This document shows positions 9,468-18,955 of a stretch of DNA of 64,000 bases, one piece after another. Origin of the DNA: Chloroflexi bacterium CSP1-4 (GTDB lineage: Bacteria > Chloroflexota > Limnocylindria > Limnocylindrales > CSP1-4); assembly GCA_001443375.1 (NCBI GenBank), contig LDXM01000004.1, positions 75,266 to 139,265 of the forward strand. Direction: 5' to 3'. Each line of letters begins with the position of its first letter. Within the stretch, counting starts at the first letter, position 1. The notes below the pieces were generated by a model. The model worked only from the letters and a program-made list of their open reading frames with translations. It had not been told where the DNA came from and made no database searches. A program made the position numbers and the translations under genes.

Positions 9468-9860
9468 GTGAGCGTCACGAGGCGCCTGATCTCGTCGGGC
9501 GGGCCGTGGGAGGCGAGTGCCGGCTACAGCCGGGCTGTCGTCGTCGGCGACAGCTGCTGGGTCTCGGGCACGACCGACGCGGGTCCCGACGGCCGTTCGC
9601 TCCACCCCGTCGACCCCGCCGGTCAGGCGCGCGCCGCCTTCGCCATCGTCGAGCAGGCCCTCACGGAGGCTGGTTTCACGCTCGGCGACGTCGTGCGCAC
9701 GCGGATGTACGTCACGGACATGTCCCGTTCACCGGAGGTGCTGGCCGTCCACGGCGAGCTGTTCGGGGCCATCCGTCCCGCGGCGATGATCGTCGAGGTC
9801 GCTCGGCTCATCGAGCCGTCCCTGATGGTCGAGGTGGAGGTCGAGGCCCGGCGGGGTTAG
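9468..9860 (+). CDS. ridA: RidA/YjgF/TdcF family reactive-intermediate deaminase
   Basis: 130 aa. The RidA-type pattern (...VRTRMYVTDM...) is present. GTG start is 25 nt after the M20 stop. Confidence 0.75.
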   Translation: MSVTRRLISSGGPWEASAGYSRAVVVGDSCWVSGTTDAGPDGRSLHPVDPAGQARAAFAIVEQALTEAGFTLGDVVRTRMYVTDMSRSPEVLAVHGELFGAIRPAAMIVEVARLIEPSLMVEVEVEARRG

Positions 9861-9881
9861 ACCTTGGCGGCCGGCGGCGAT

Positions 9882-10214
9882 TCAGGCCGGCGCGATCGCC
9901 CGAACCAGCGCGACCAGGATGACCGCCACGGCGATGCCGAGGAAGACGTTGCGCCGCCAGCGCACGACGGCGATGCCGGCCAGTACGGCGGCGAACTCGA
10001 TCCCGATGTGCAGGGTTGGAGCCGCGCCGCCCTCGCGCACGACGAGGACGCTGACCGCCGCGAGCGCCGCCAGCACGCCGGGCCCGACGAGGCGGAGATA
10101 CTCGAGCGCGCGCGGCGGCAGCCGCTCGATCCCTGGCGCGAGGATCGGCAGCGCACGCGACGGGTAGGTGACCGCGCCCATCAACAGCGCCAGCGCCACG
10201 AGGTCGAGCGACAT
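9882..10214 (-). CDS. azlD: AzlD branched-chain amino acid transport protein (small subunit)
   Basis: 110 aa with 3-4 TM helices (MSLDLVALALLMGAVTYPSRALPIL...). ATG at 10214 is 2 nt downstream of the azlC stop (10217-10219). Confidence 0.7.
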   Translation of the reverse strand: MSLDLVALALLMGAVTYPSRALPILAPGIERLPPRALEYLRLVGPGVLAALAAVSVLVVREGGAAPTLHIGIEFAAVLAGIAVVRWRRNVFLGIAVAVILVALVRAIAPA

Positions 10215-10216
10215 CG

Positions 10217-11047
10217 TCAACCGGCCAGCCCGACCTGCGGGTCGTCGCCGTGCGGGCTGGGCTGGTCGGCCGAGCCGGCGGCTGCCGCCCCGGCATCGCC
10301 GGCGGCGCGGGCCGGCACGAGCAGGCCGGCCAACGGCCCGAGCAGGCCGCCGGCCACGATGCCCACGGCGGGCTCCAGCACGACGCCGACCCCGACCGCG
10401 ACCGCGGCGCCGACGACCGCGGCCGTCAGCTCGCGACGACCGGTCACGAGGCCCACCGCGATGCCGGCCATGGCCGCCGGGAAGACGACGTCGAGCCCGA
10501 GCCGCGCAGGATCGGGGATGCCCTGGCCCCCCACGTAGCCGACGACGTTCATGGCCATCCAGGGCAGGACGATGAGCGAGGCGGCCAGCCAGTAGCCGGG
10601 CACGTCGGCCCGTCCGATGCGCTGGAAGAGCGGCAGGGCGAGCCCGAACGCCTCGTCGGTCAGGACGTGGGCCATGGCCGCCCGCTGGAGGCGTCGGCGC
10701 CCCGCCAGCCACGGCGCGAGGGCCGCGGAGTAGAGCAGATGGCGCGCGTTGAGCAAGGCCGTCAGCAGCAGGATGGCCAACCACGGGACGCCCTGGGTGA
10801 TCAGGCCGATGGCCGCGAACTGGGCGGCGCCGGCGAGTACGAAGACGCTCATCGCGAGCATCTCGACGATGGACAGGCCGCCCTGCCGTGCCGCAAGCCC
10901 GTAGACCAGCCCGAACGCGCTCGCCGATACGACCATGCCCAGCGCATCGACGATCATGCGCCGCCGCGCGGCGCTCGGGTTCAGGTGCGCATCCGGGTCA
11001 GCGGAGGAAGGAGCGTCCGCAGCCGTCGCAGACGGTGTAGACGGCAT
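10217..11047 (-). CDS. azlC: AzlC family branched-chain amino acid permease
   Basis: Multi-TM protein with AzlC-like core (GLVYGLAARQGGLSIVEMLAMSVFVLAGAAQFAAIGL). ATG at 11047 has an AGGAG-type SD 4 nt upstream. Alternative start MIVDAL at 10957 would remove a 30-aa hydrophilic N-extension. Confidence 0.7.
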   Translation of the reverse strand: MPSTPSATAADAPSSADPDAHLNPSAARRRMIVDALGMVVSASAFGLVYGLAARQGGLSIVEMLAMSVFVLAGAAQFAAIGLITQGVPWLAILLLTALLNARHLLYSAALAPWLAGRRRLQRAAMAHVLTDEAFGLALPLFQRIGRADVPGYWLAASLIVLPWMAMNVVGYVGGQGIPDPARLGLDVVFPAAMAGIAVGLVTGRRELTAAVVGAAVAVGVGVVLEPAVGIVAGGLLGPLAGLLVPARAAGDAGAAAAGSADQPSPHGDDPQVGLAG

Positions 11048-11276
11048 GGCGCTCCTGAGCGTAGCCCGCGACGTGCAGCCGGCCGGTGAAGCCGTCGGCT
11101 GGACAGACCCAGACCCACCAGCCCTCGCCGTCGCCGGGCGCCCCGAGAGGCGTGGCCTCGGCGGCGATCCGGTCGCCGAGCCCCTCGAATTCGCTCACCG
11201 CGCGCGCCACGGCAGCGGCGCGTTCGGCCTCCGTCTCGCTGCCGTAGGGGTAGTTCTGGGCGACGTTCGAGCTCAC
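10998..11276 (-). CDS. hypothetical small Cys-containing protein (about 92 aa)
   Basis: GTG at 11276 is preceded by GGAGGA (10-nt spacing) and a TATACT hexamer about 70 nt upstream on the same strand. The product (...WVWVCPADGFTGRLHVAGYAQERHAVYTVCDGCGRSFLR) has a CxxC plus Cys pattern. It overlaps the azlC 5' end. Confidence 0.3.
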   Translation of the reverse strand: MSSNVAQNYPYGSETEAERAAAVARAVSEFEGLGDRIAAEATPLGAPGDGEGWWVWVCPADGFTGRLHVAGYAQERHAVYTVCDGCGRSFLR

Positions 11277-11361
11277 GCGGCGGGGGTCCTCCGGGCAACG
11301 GAATGGCCAGCCGCGGAGGTCGTGAGCGCGGCGCGACCGGCCGCCCGGAGTATAACGCGGC

Positions 11362-13035
11362 TCACCAGGCGCTCGGCGCACCCTCCGAGCGGGGGTCGGT
11401 GGCTGCCGCGAAGGCCGTCCGCCCGGGATCGTCGGGGGCCGCGGGATCGCGCACTAGCTCGATGGCATGGCAGTGGCCCATGCCACGGTCGAATGGCGCC
11501 GCGAGCCGCACGTCATGACCGCGGGCGCGCAGTCCGTCGGCCACCGCGGGCCGGAAGCGGGACTCCAGCCTCGTCAGCGACGGCGGGCCGTAATGCTCCT
11601 CGACGTCGGCCGCCCAGCGCGGCGCCGCGACGGCGGTGGCCACGTCGAGGCCGCCGTCCACGAGCGCGGAGACGACCTGCGCGAAGACCTGCGGCTGCAC
11701 CTCGCCGCCCATCGACCCGTGCACGACCCATGGCCGCCCGTCGCGGAAGAGCATCCCCGGTGTCAGCGTGTGCATCGTCCGCTTTCGCGGCGCGAGGACG
11801 TTCGGATGCGCCGCGTCGAGGCTGAAGAAGGCCCCACGGTCCTGGTAGGCGATGCCGGTCTCGGGATCGACGAGCCCGCTCCCGAAGCCGCGGTAGTTCG
11901 ATTCGATGAGGCTGACGACGCCGCCCCAGCGGTCGGCCGTGGCGAGGTAGACGGTGCCACCGCCGCGCGGCAGGGTCATGGGCACGGGTGGCGTCGCGCG
12001 CTCGGGGTCGATGCGGGCCGCCAGCGCGGACGCCCGGTCCGCGGAGAGGAACTCGTCGAGGGCGCCGGGTGCCATCGCCTCGGGGTCGGTCAGCAGCCGG
12101 TCGCGATCGGCCAGCGTGAGCCGGGCGGCTTCCAGCCCCAGGTGGACCCAGCGCGGATCGTCCACCCCGCGGCCGTCGAAGGCCTCGGGTGGCGGTGGGT
12201 CGAACCGCTCCAGGACGTTCAGCAGCTCCAGCGCGATGGGGCCGCAGCTGTTCGGTGGGTGGCTGGCGGCGACGACGCCGCGGTACTCGGTGCGGATGGG
12301 CTCGGTCCACGTCGAGCGATGGTCGGCCAGGTCGCCGGCGCCGAGCGGGGCGCCGCTCAGGGCCAGGTACGCCGCCGCCCGTCGAGCGAGCGAGCCGCTG
12401 TACGCCGCGTCGGGACCCTCGCCGGCGAGGCGCCGCAGTGACGCGGCCAGGCCGGTGGGCGCGACCCGTTCGCCGGGCCTCCATGGCCGGCCGTGCGGCC
12501 GGAATACCCGGGCCCAGTCGGAGTCGGTCCCGAAGACGCCCGCTGCACCCTCGATGATGGAACACCAGGCGGGACTCGCGGCGAAGCCCTCGGCCAGCTC
12601 GACCGCCGGCGCGAGCAGGTCCGGCCAGCTGAGGCGCCCGAACCTTGCGTGGGCATCCCCCCAGGAGCGGATGGCGCCGGGCACCGTGACGGTCCACGGT
12701 CCGCGCAGCGGCATCCGGTCGCCGAGCGCCGCGCGGGCGCCGGCAAGGCTGGCCGCCGCGCCGGAGCGGCCGCTGCCGTTGAGTCCGTGGAGCGCGTCGC
12801 CGTCCCAGATCAGCCAGAAGGCGTCCCCGCCGAGCCCGCAGGAGTGGGCGGCCACGACGGCCAGCGCCGCGTTCGTGGCGATCGCCGCGTCCACGGCGGT
12901 CCCGCCTGCGCGGAGCACGCCGAGGCCGGCCGCGCTGGCGAGGTGGTGCGGGCTGACGACCGCGCCGTGTCGCCCCCAGGCGGGTCGTGCCGGGACGTCG
13001 GCCGACGGGACGTCGTGGCGGCGCGGGGCGGGCAT
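11362..13035 (-). CDS. ggt: gamma-glutamyltransferase family protein (Ntn hydrolase), no signal peptide
   Basis: GGT-type pro-enzyme motifs (GGGTVYLATADRWGGVVSLIESNYRGFGSGLVDPETGI, MHTLTPGMLF). Length is 557 aa. ATG at 13035 overlaps the HK stop by 1 nt (TGATG). Confidence 0.85.
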   Translation of the reverse strand: MPAPRRHDVPSADVPARPAWGRHGAVVSPHHLASAAGLGVLRAGGTAVDAAIATNAALAVVAAHSCGLGGDAFWLIWDGDALHGLNGSGRSGAAASLAGARAALGDRMPLRGPWTVTVPGAIRSWGDAHARFGRLSWPDLLAPAVELAEGFAASPAWCSIIEGAAGVFGTDSDWARVFRPHGRPWRPGERVAPTGLAASLRRLAGEGPDAAYSGSLARRAAAYLALSGAPLGAGDLADHRSTWTEPIRTEYRGVVAASHPPNSCGPIALELLNVLERFDPPPPEAFDGRGVDDPRWVHLGLEAARLTLADRDRLLTDPEAMAPGALDEFLSADRASALAARIDPERATPPVPMTLPRGGGTVYLATADRWGGVVSLIESNYRGFGSGLVDPETGIAYQDRGAFFSLDAAHPNVLAPRKRTMHTLTPGMLFRDGRPWVVHGSMGGEVQPQVFAQVVSALVDGGLDVATAVAAPRWAADVEEHYGPPSLTRLESRFRPAVADGLRARGHDVRLAAPFDRGMGHCHAIELVRDPAAPDDPGRTAFAAATDPRSEGAPSAW

Positions 13036-14464
13036 CAGGAGGCGGCCGACGGCGGCATGGTTGGCTCCGCTGCGAGCTGCGGCGTGCGGGGCAGGACCAC
13101 TCCCACCCGTGCGCCGCCGATGGGCAGATTCTCCGCGAATGCGCGCCCGCCGTGGGCGCGTGCCAGCTCGTCCACGATGGCCAGTCCCAGGCCGCTGCCG
13201 GGCCCGGAGCGCGACGGGTCGGCGCGGTAGAAACGTTCGAAGATGCGCCCCAGCGCCGCGCCGGCGATGCCCGGCCCATCGTCGCGCACCGCGAGCAGGA
13301 CCTCGCCGCCGGGCAGGGCCGCCGCCTCCACCGTCACGTGCCCCCCGGGCCGGGGCGCGTGCGCCAGCCCGTTGGCGACGAGGTTGCCAAGGATGCGCTC
13401 GACCGCGCTGCGGTCGGCGGCGCAGGGCAGGGGACCCGCCACCGGCAGCGCGGTGAGCTCCAAGCCCTCCGCGCCCGCCCGCGGTGCGAAGCGCTCCACG
13501 GCCGCGGCCGCCAGCTCCCCGCCGTCGAGCTGCTCGACGCGCAACGGCCGGCCCGCCTCGAGATCGGCGAGGTCGCCCAGGTCGTCCACCATCCGCTCCA
13601 GGCGCGACGTCTCGTCGGCGATGGCCCGGGCCGCCCTGGCCCAATCCGGGCCGTCGGCGGTGCCGTCGAGCAGCGCCTCGGCGAAGCCGCCGATGACCGT
13701 CAGGGGCGTGCGCAGGTCGTGGCGCAGGCCGGCCAGGAGGTCGGCCTGCGCCGTGCGGGCGTGGCCGACCTCGGCGCTCATGGCGTTGAAGGCGGCGCTC
13801 GCCCGGGCGACCTCCTGCGGGCCCTCCTCGGGCAGCGGTCCCGGCAGCCGGCCGCCCGCGACGCGGCCCGCCGCCGTCGCCAACCGGTCTAGCGGCCGCG
13901 TCACGGAGCCCGAGAGCCAGACCGCGAGCGGCGCGCCGACGACGGCGACGACAAGGCCCGCCACGAACAGGGCCCGGACGAGGTCGGCCAGCGCCCGACG
14001 TCCCGCATCGTCCGGCCGGGCGAGCACGAGCGCCCACGGGCCGCTCTGGGTAAGGGCGCCGCCGAACGGGGCGGCGACGTAGACGTACGAGCCCGTGCTC
14101 GGCACGGCGAACGTGCCACGATCGATCGTCCCCCGCGCGTTCGGTGGGTCGAGGTCCACGCGGTCCACGGGCAGGTCGTCGCCCAGGTCCACCACGCGGC
14201 CGCCCTGGTCCACGAGGAAGAGGCTGATGTCGCGAGCCGCGGTCTGGGCCGTCAGCTCGCGCAGGACGTTGCGCAGGCGAACTCCCTGTTCGATCCGCAG
14301 CCGGGCCTGCGAGACGAGGGGCACCGCAAGGTCGGACAGCGCGGCACTGTTGGCCTCTGCGTGGAGGTCGCGCAGGAGGACGAAGAGGACGCCGCCCAGT
14401 GCGAAGAGGATCGCCAGCGCCAGGAGCGCGAAGGCCCCCGCCACGCGGCCGCGCAGCGTCCTCA
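13035..14464 (-). CDS. sensor histidine kinase (two TM helices, HAMP, HisKA, HATPase_c)
   Basis: N-terminal TM helix (AFALLALAILFALGGVLFVLL) and H-box LRHDLRTPLTV. G-boxes GPGIAGAAL and GSGLGLAIV. ATG (14464-14462) overlaps the RR stop (ATGA). Confidence 0.85.
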
Positions 14465-15151
14465 TACCGGTCGCTCGCGGGGCGGCGGCACGAGCCGGTA
14501 GCCGACGCCGCGGACGGTCTCGATGGGCGGGCCGTCGCCGCCGAGCTTCGTGCGCAGGGCGGCCATATGGACGTCCACGGTGCGGGTTTCGCCGGGGAAG
14601 TCGGTGCCCCAGACTGACTCGAGGAGCACGTCGCGGGTCAGGACCACGCCGGGATCCCGCGCCATGGCGGCGAGAAGGTCGAACTCGCGCGGGCGCAGCT
14701 CGAGACGTCGCGAGCCGACGTAGGCCTCCCGACGGCGCGGGTCGACGCGCAGCGGGCCCACCTCGATGGGGCGTGTCCCTCGGGCGGCGCCGCCGGTGCG
14801 GCGCAGGATGGCGCGCACGCGGGCCACCAGCTCGCGGGGGTTGAACGGCTTGACGAGGTAGTCGTCGGCCCCCAGCTCGAGGCCGACGATGCGGTCCACG
14901 TCGTCGCCGCGCGCGGTGAGCATGAGGATGGGCGTATCGCCGCGGCGGCGCAGCTCGCGCGTGACCTCCCAGCCGTCGAGCTCGGGGAGCATGAGGTCGA
15001 GCACGACCAGGTCGGGGTCGTGGCGTTCGGCGAGGCTGAGCGCCTCGCGGCCGTCGCGGGCGGCCACGACCGCGAAGCCGTCCTTCTCCAGGTACAGCTT
15101 CACCAGCTCGACGATGTTCCGTTCGTCGTCGACGACGAGGATCGTCTTCAT
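14462..15151 (-). CDS. OmpR/PhoB-family response regulator
   Basis: Receiver MKTILVVDDE...DLVVLDLMLP...LTARGD plus a winged-helix C-terminal domain (VHMAALRTKL...VRGVGYRL). Length is 229 aa. TATCCT lies 7 nt upstream of the ATG. Confidence 0.9.
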   Translation of the reverse strand: MKTILVVDDERNIVELVKLYLEKDGFAVVAARDGREALSLAERHDPDLVVLDLMLPELDGWEVTRELRRRGDTPILMLTARGDDVDRIVGLELGADDYLVKPFNPRELVARVRAILRRTGGAARGTRPIEVGPLRVDPRRREAYVGSRRLELRPREFDLLAAMARDPGVVLTRDVLLESVWGTDFPGETRTVDVHMAALRTKLGGDGPPIETVRGVGYRLVPPPRERPV

Positions 15152-15219
15152 CCTCGCGAGGATACGATGCGCGGTGCGGGCGAGGCCTTTCGCACGTAAA
15201 CGGACCGTAAGCGGAGACC

Positions 15220-16134
15220 ATGTTCGCGACCATCCTCGGCCCCTATCCCCGCCCGGCGGGCCTCGACGACGAGGCCGCCCTGGATCTCGCCCTGGCCGAC
15301 CAGCTCGACGCGAACCTCGGCATGCTCGCCGACGGACGGTCGGAACCGGACGCGGATCCCCTCGCGGCGTGGAGGGTGGCCGATGCGCGTGCCCGCTCCC
15401 TCGCCGCCGCCCGCGGCATCGACCCGCGACCGGTCAAGGCGCGTGTCCTCGGGCCGTACACGGCCGCGAGGTCACCGGCCGGGACCGCCGCCGCGCGTGA
15501 GCGGACGACGCTGGCCGCTGCGGAGGCGGGCAACTTGGTCCTTCGCTCGCTCCTGGCCGCCGGGGCGCCGGTGGTGCAGGTCGAGGAGGACGGGCTGACC
15601 GCCGTCGGTGCGGACGACGAGGCCGAGCGACGCCTGGCTGCAGATGCCCTGCGACGCCTGACCGACGGTGTCGAGGGGCACCTGTCCCTCAGCGTCGCCG
15701 GAGGCGATCCCTGTGGCGCGGGCGGCGGCGTCCTCTACGGTGCACCGTTCTCGAGTCATCTCTTCGACCTCATCCGCGGCCCGGACGGCTGGCGCGTGGC
15801 GCGCGAGGCGCCGCGCGAGCGTGGCCTGATCCTCGGCGTCGCCGACTGCCGGACCGAGGAGCCCGACGAGGAGGCGGTCACCCTGTGGGCGGCGCGCTAC
15901 GCGGCGTCCATCGGCGCCCGTGGGCTCGAGCGGGTCGCGCTGGCCCCGTCGGCCGGGCTGGAGGCGCTCACGCGGGAGGCGGCGCGAAGGAAGCTCGCGG
16001 ACCTCGCCGGCGCGGCGGTCCTCGCCGGCCTGGCGGACGCGGCCACGCTCCGCGAGGGTGTGGACTTTCGCGCGCTGACGCGGACGGCCCCACCCGGTCG
16101 AGCGCCGGCCCCGCGTCGTCGGAGGAGCCGGTGA
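15220..16134 (+). CDS. hypothetical protein (weak MetE-C-terminal/URO-D-like TIM-barrel resemblance)
   Basis: 304 aa. N-terminal ILGPYPRP and a later VLGPYTAA are reminiscent of cobalamin-independent methionine synthase-like proteins, but the Zn-ligand set is not evident. Real-protein composition. Confidence 0.4.
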   Translation: MFATILGPYPRPAGLDDEAALDLALADQLDANLGMLADGRSEPDADPLAAWRVADARARSLAAARGIDPRPVKARVLGPYTAARSPAGTAAARERTTLAAAEAGNLVLRSLLAAGAPVVQVEEDGLTAVGADDEAERRLAADALRRLTDGVEGHLSLSVAGGDPCGAGGGVLYGAPFSSHLFDLIRGPDGWRVAREAPRERGLILGVADCRTEEPDEEAVTLWAARYAASIGARGLERVALAPSAGLEALTREAARRKLADLAGAAVLAGLADAATLREGVDFRALTRTAPPGRAPAPRRRRSR

Positions 16135-16186
16135 CGCGGCAGGGCGCCATACCGGCGGCACCGGACCGGTCCGGCGAAGGCGCCTG

Positions 16187-16825
16187 ATGGAGCTGCTCCA
16201 GCGCGTCGTCGGGCCCATCGCCACGAACGTCTACGTGCTCGGCGACGAGGCCAGCCGCGAGGCGATCGCCATCGACACGGCGACGCCGTGCGTGGTGTGG
16301 CTGACGGAGCGCCTCGCCGAGCGGGGCTGGACGCTCAAGCTCATCGTGAGCACCCACCGCCACTGGGACCACATCGGGGATAACGCGGCCGTCGCGACGG
16401 CGACGGGTGCCGCGATCGCGGCCCATGCCCTCGACCGCCACGGCCTCGAGCACCCGTCGGCGGCCATGGCGCCCTTCCCGATCCCGCCGAGCGTCCCGGC
16501 CGTCGAGCTGGCCGAGGGCGGCATGGTGCGCTTCGGGGAGATCCGTCTCACCGTCCTGCACACGCCGGGGCACACCGAGGGCTCGGTGTGCCTCCTCGCC
16601 GCCGACGCCGGGCTGCTCCTCAGCGGCGACACGCTCTTCGCCGGCGGGTGGGGTCGCGTCGATCTCGAGGGCGGCTCGCCCGAGGCGATGGTGGCCTCGA
16701 TGGAGCGCCTGGCGCGCCTGGATCCGAGCCTGCGCGTGCTGCCCGGCCACGGCCCGGCCACGACGATCGAGCGAGAACATCCCTGGATGGAGCTGGTCGC
16801 CCGGGAGCGCCGACTCTTCGCCTAA
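16187..16825 (+). CDS. MBL-fold metallo-hydrolase (glyoxalase II-like)
   Basis: HRHWDHIG motif, HTPGHTEGS and SGDTLF. Length is 212 aa. Confidence 0.8.
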   Translation: MELLQRVVGPIATNVYVLGDEASREAIAIDTATPCVVWLTERLAERGWTLKLIVSTHRHWDHIGDNAAVATATGAAIAAHALDRHGLEHPSAAMAPFPIPPSVPAVELAEGGMVRFGEIRLTVLHTPGHTEGSVCLLAADAGLLLSGDTLFAGGWGRVDLEGGSPEAMVASMERLARLDPSLRVLPGHGPATTIEREHPWMELVARERRLFA

Positions 16826-17835
16826 GCGAACGGCTTCTCGTAGGCCGTCCCGCTCGTGTCGACGACGAACCCGCAGCTCTCGTAGAGGTGCAGTGCCTGG
16901 TGCGGGTTCTGCGCATCGACGCCCAGCGAGGCGCTCGTCTCGCCGTGCTCGCGCAGGGCGCGCAGGGCGCGCACGATCAGCCCGCGGGCCAGCCCGCGCC
17001 GCCGCCAGGGCCGCCGCACCGCGACCGAGTCGAGAACGCCTCGCCGGAGTCCGAAGCGGGCGTTGTCCTGCGCATGGACCGCCACGAGCACGTGGCCGGC
17101 GACCTGATCACCGTCCCAGGCCACCTGCCACAGCTCGGGGACCAGGTCCGGCTCGCCGAGGAAGCGCTGGTATGCCTCCTCTCCCTCGTCGACCTCGCCC
17201 CAGTGGTCGCGGAAGGCCTCCACGTCGGCCTCCCAGATCGGGCGCCAGTGCTGGGGGAGCACGGGCCGCACCTCGAGCCCCTCGGGCATCGCCAGCGCGG
17301 GGATCGCCTCGAGGTCCGGTCGCACCATGTCGAAGAAGTGGCGGGCGGGCCGGTAGCCCTCGCCGATCACGACCCGCTTGAGCTCGAGGTCGCTGTCCCA
17401 CAGCCACATGCGGAACCGATCGGTCGGGCCCGGCGCTCGCCCGCCGGCCTTCTGGCGCAGGCGGCGCTCCCCGTTGCGCAGCAGCGCCCGCTCGACGCCC
17501 CGACCGCCAAGTCGCGGGTGGAGGATGACTCCCGGCTCATAGACCATGCCGCCGTCGTGGCCGACCTGACATTCGACCCGGGCGTAGCCGGCGATCTCCC
17601 CGTCGAACTCGACGACGAGGCAGTCCTCGAGGGCGATCGAGCCGCTGAGGTGCGCGTAGAGGTTGTCCATCCCCTCGCGGGTGACGAGCTCCCTGACCCC
17701 GATCGACAGGCGCCAGGCGTTGTTGGCCGCGACCATCCCGTCGTGGTCCACCGGCCCGCGGTAGCGGCGAACCCGCAGCCCACGGATCGTGGGGAGGCCC
17801 AGGGCCTCGACGGTGTCGCGGTCGGGAGCGATCAC
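16822..17835 (-). CDS. tandem-GNAT N-acetyltransferase (MshD-like architecture)
   Basis: Two GNAT cores (...VGVRELVTREGMDNLYAHLSG... and ...RRGLARGLIVRALRALREHGETSASLGVDAQN...). GTG at 17835 with GGAGGG 9 nt upstream lies inside the rsgA 3' end, 2 nt after the rsgA TGA. The first 33 codons of the ORF track were trimmed. Confidence 0.7.
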   Translation of the reverse strand: MIAPDRDTVEALGLPTIRGLRVRRYRGPVDHDGMVAANNAWRLSIGVRELVTREGMDNLYAHLSGSIALEDCLVVEFDGEIAGYARVECQVGHDGGMVYEPGVILHPRLGGRGVERALLRNGERRLRQKAGGRAPGPTDRFRMWLWDSDLELKRVVIGEGYRPARHFFDMVRPDLEAIPALAMPEGLEVRPVLPQHWRPIWEADVEAFRDHWGEVDEGEEAYQRFLGEPDLVPELWQVAWDGDQVAGHVLVAVHAQDNARFGLRRGVLDSVAVRRPWRRRGLARGLIVRALRALREHGETSASLGVDAQNPHQALHLYESCGFVVDTSGTAYEKPFA

Positions 17836-17839
17836 GGGT

Positions 17840-18955
17840 TCAGCCCTCCCAGGCGCCGGCTGGCCCGCGCTTGCGAGTCCCGGCGTCATCGGCGGCCAGC
17901 TTCCTGAGGTGGCCGGATCGTCTGGCGGCCGCACGCGAGGCGGACGTCGTGCGCCGGTCGAGAGCGTGCAGCTCCCCTTCCAGCTTCCGCCGGCTCTCCA
18001 GGCGCGCCCCGGCGAGCTCGCCGGCCTCGATGGCCGACCGGACGGCGCAGCCGGGCTCGCGATCGTGGGCGCAGTCGGCGAAACGGCACGCCGCGGCCAG
18101 CGCCTCGATGTCCGCGAAGGCGCGCTCGATCCCCTCGTCGTCCCAGAGAGCGAGGGAGCGCAGGCCCGGCGTGTCGAGGATGAGGCTTCCGCCGGGAAGT
18201 TGGATCAGCTCCCTCGACGTCGTGGTGTGGCGGCCGCGCTCATCGTCCTTACGGATCGAGCGCACGAGCTGACGCTCCTCGCCGAGCAGCGCGTTGACGA
18301 GCGTCGACTTGCCCACCCCGGACGATCCCAGCAGGGCCACCGTCCGGCCCGCCGTGAGATGGGGGAGCAGGTCGGCAAGGCCGGTGCCATCGACGGCGCT
18401 GACGATGTGGATCGATACGCCGATGGCCACCGTCTCCACGCGCCGCCGAGCGGCCTCGAGGTCCGGACAGAGGTCGGCCTTGTTGAGGACGACCACCGGC
18501 AGCGCGCCGCTCGACCATGCCGCACCAAGGTAGCGCTCGAGGCGGCGCATGTTGAAGTCGCCCGGCAAGGCCATGACGATGAAGACTGTGTCGACGTTGG
18601 CCGCCAGCACCTGCACGTCGACGCCCTCGCCGGGGGCGTGGCGGACGAACGCCGTGCGTCGCTCGAGGATGGCGGCGATGCGGGGACCGGGCCCCGGCTC
18701 ATCGTCGGAGGCGGCCTCCAGCGCCACCCAGTCGCCGACCGCCGGCAGATCGCGAGCATCGGTCGCGGCACGGAGCAGGCTGGGGACGACCGTCGTCAAG
18801 CGCTCGCCGTCGGCCGAGCCGACCACGTAGGCCCCGAACGTCGCCGTCAGGACGCGACCCGGCATGCGGCCCTCAGCGGCATGTGGCGCGAAGGCCTGCG
18901 CGCGGCCGGCATCCCAGCCCCAAGCCGTGAGGTGGTGATCGGTGAGGTTCATCAC
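17840..18955 (-). CDS. rsgA: ribosome small-subunit-dependent GTPase A
   Basis: G4 motif NKADL and Walker A GSSGVGKSTLVNAL. G3 motif is DTPG. C-terminal zinc finger CRFADCAHDREPGCAV. GTG start overlaps the permease stop (GTGA). Confidence 0.85.
   Translation of the reverse strand: MMNLTDHHLTAWGWDAGRAQAFAPHAAEGRMPGRVLTATFGAYVVGSADGERLTTVVPSLLRAATDARDLPAVGDWVALEAASDDEPGPGPRIAAILERRTAFVRHAPGEGVDVQVLAANVDTVFIVMALPGDFNMRRLERYLGAAWSSGALPVVVLNKADLCPDLEAARRRVETVAIGVSIHIVSAVDGTGLADLLPHLTAGRTVALLGSSGVGKSTLVNALLGEERQLVRSIRKDDERGRHTTTSRELIQLPGGSLILDTPGLRSLALWDDEGIERAFADIEALAAACRFADCAHDREPGCAVRSAIEAGELAGARLESRRKLEGELHALDRRTTSASRAAARRSGHLRKLAADDAGTRKRGPAGAWEG

Noticed and set aside
6150-9605. 1151-aa minus-strand ORF plus many other very long R/G/A/P-rich ORFs (for example 4221..5921, 11513..13279, 35003..36067, 35479..36543, 19771..21426)
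   Set aside because: These are typical high-GC antisense or off-frame phantom ORFs. Composition is dominated by Arg/Gly/Ala/Pro with no motifs. They overlap well-supported genes.
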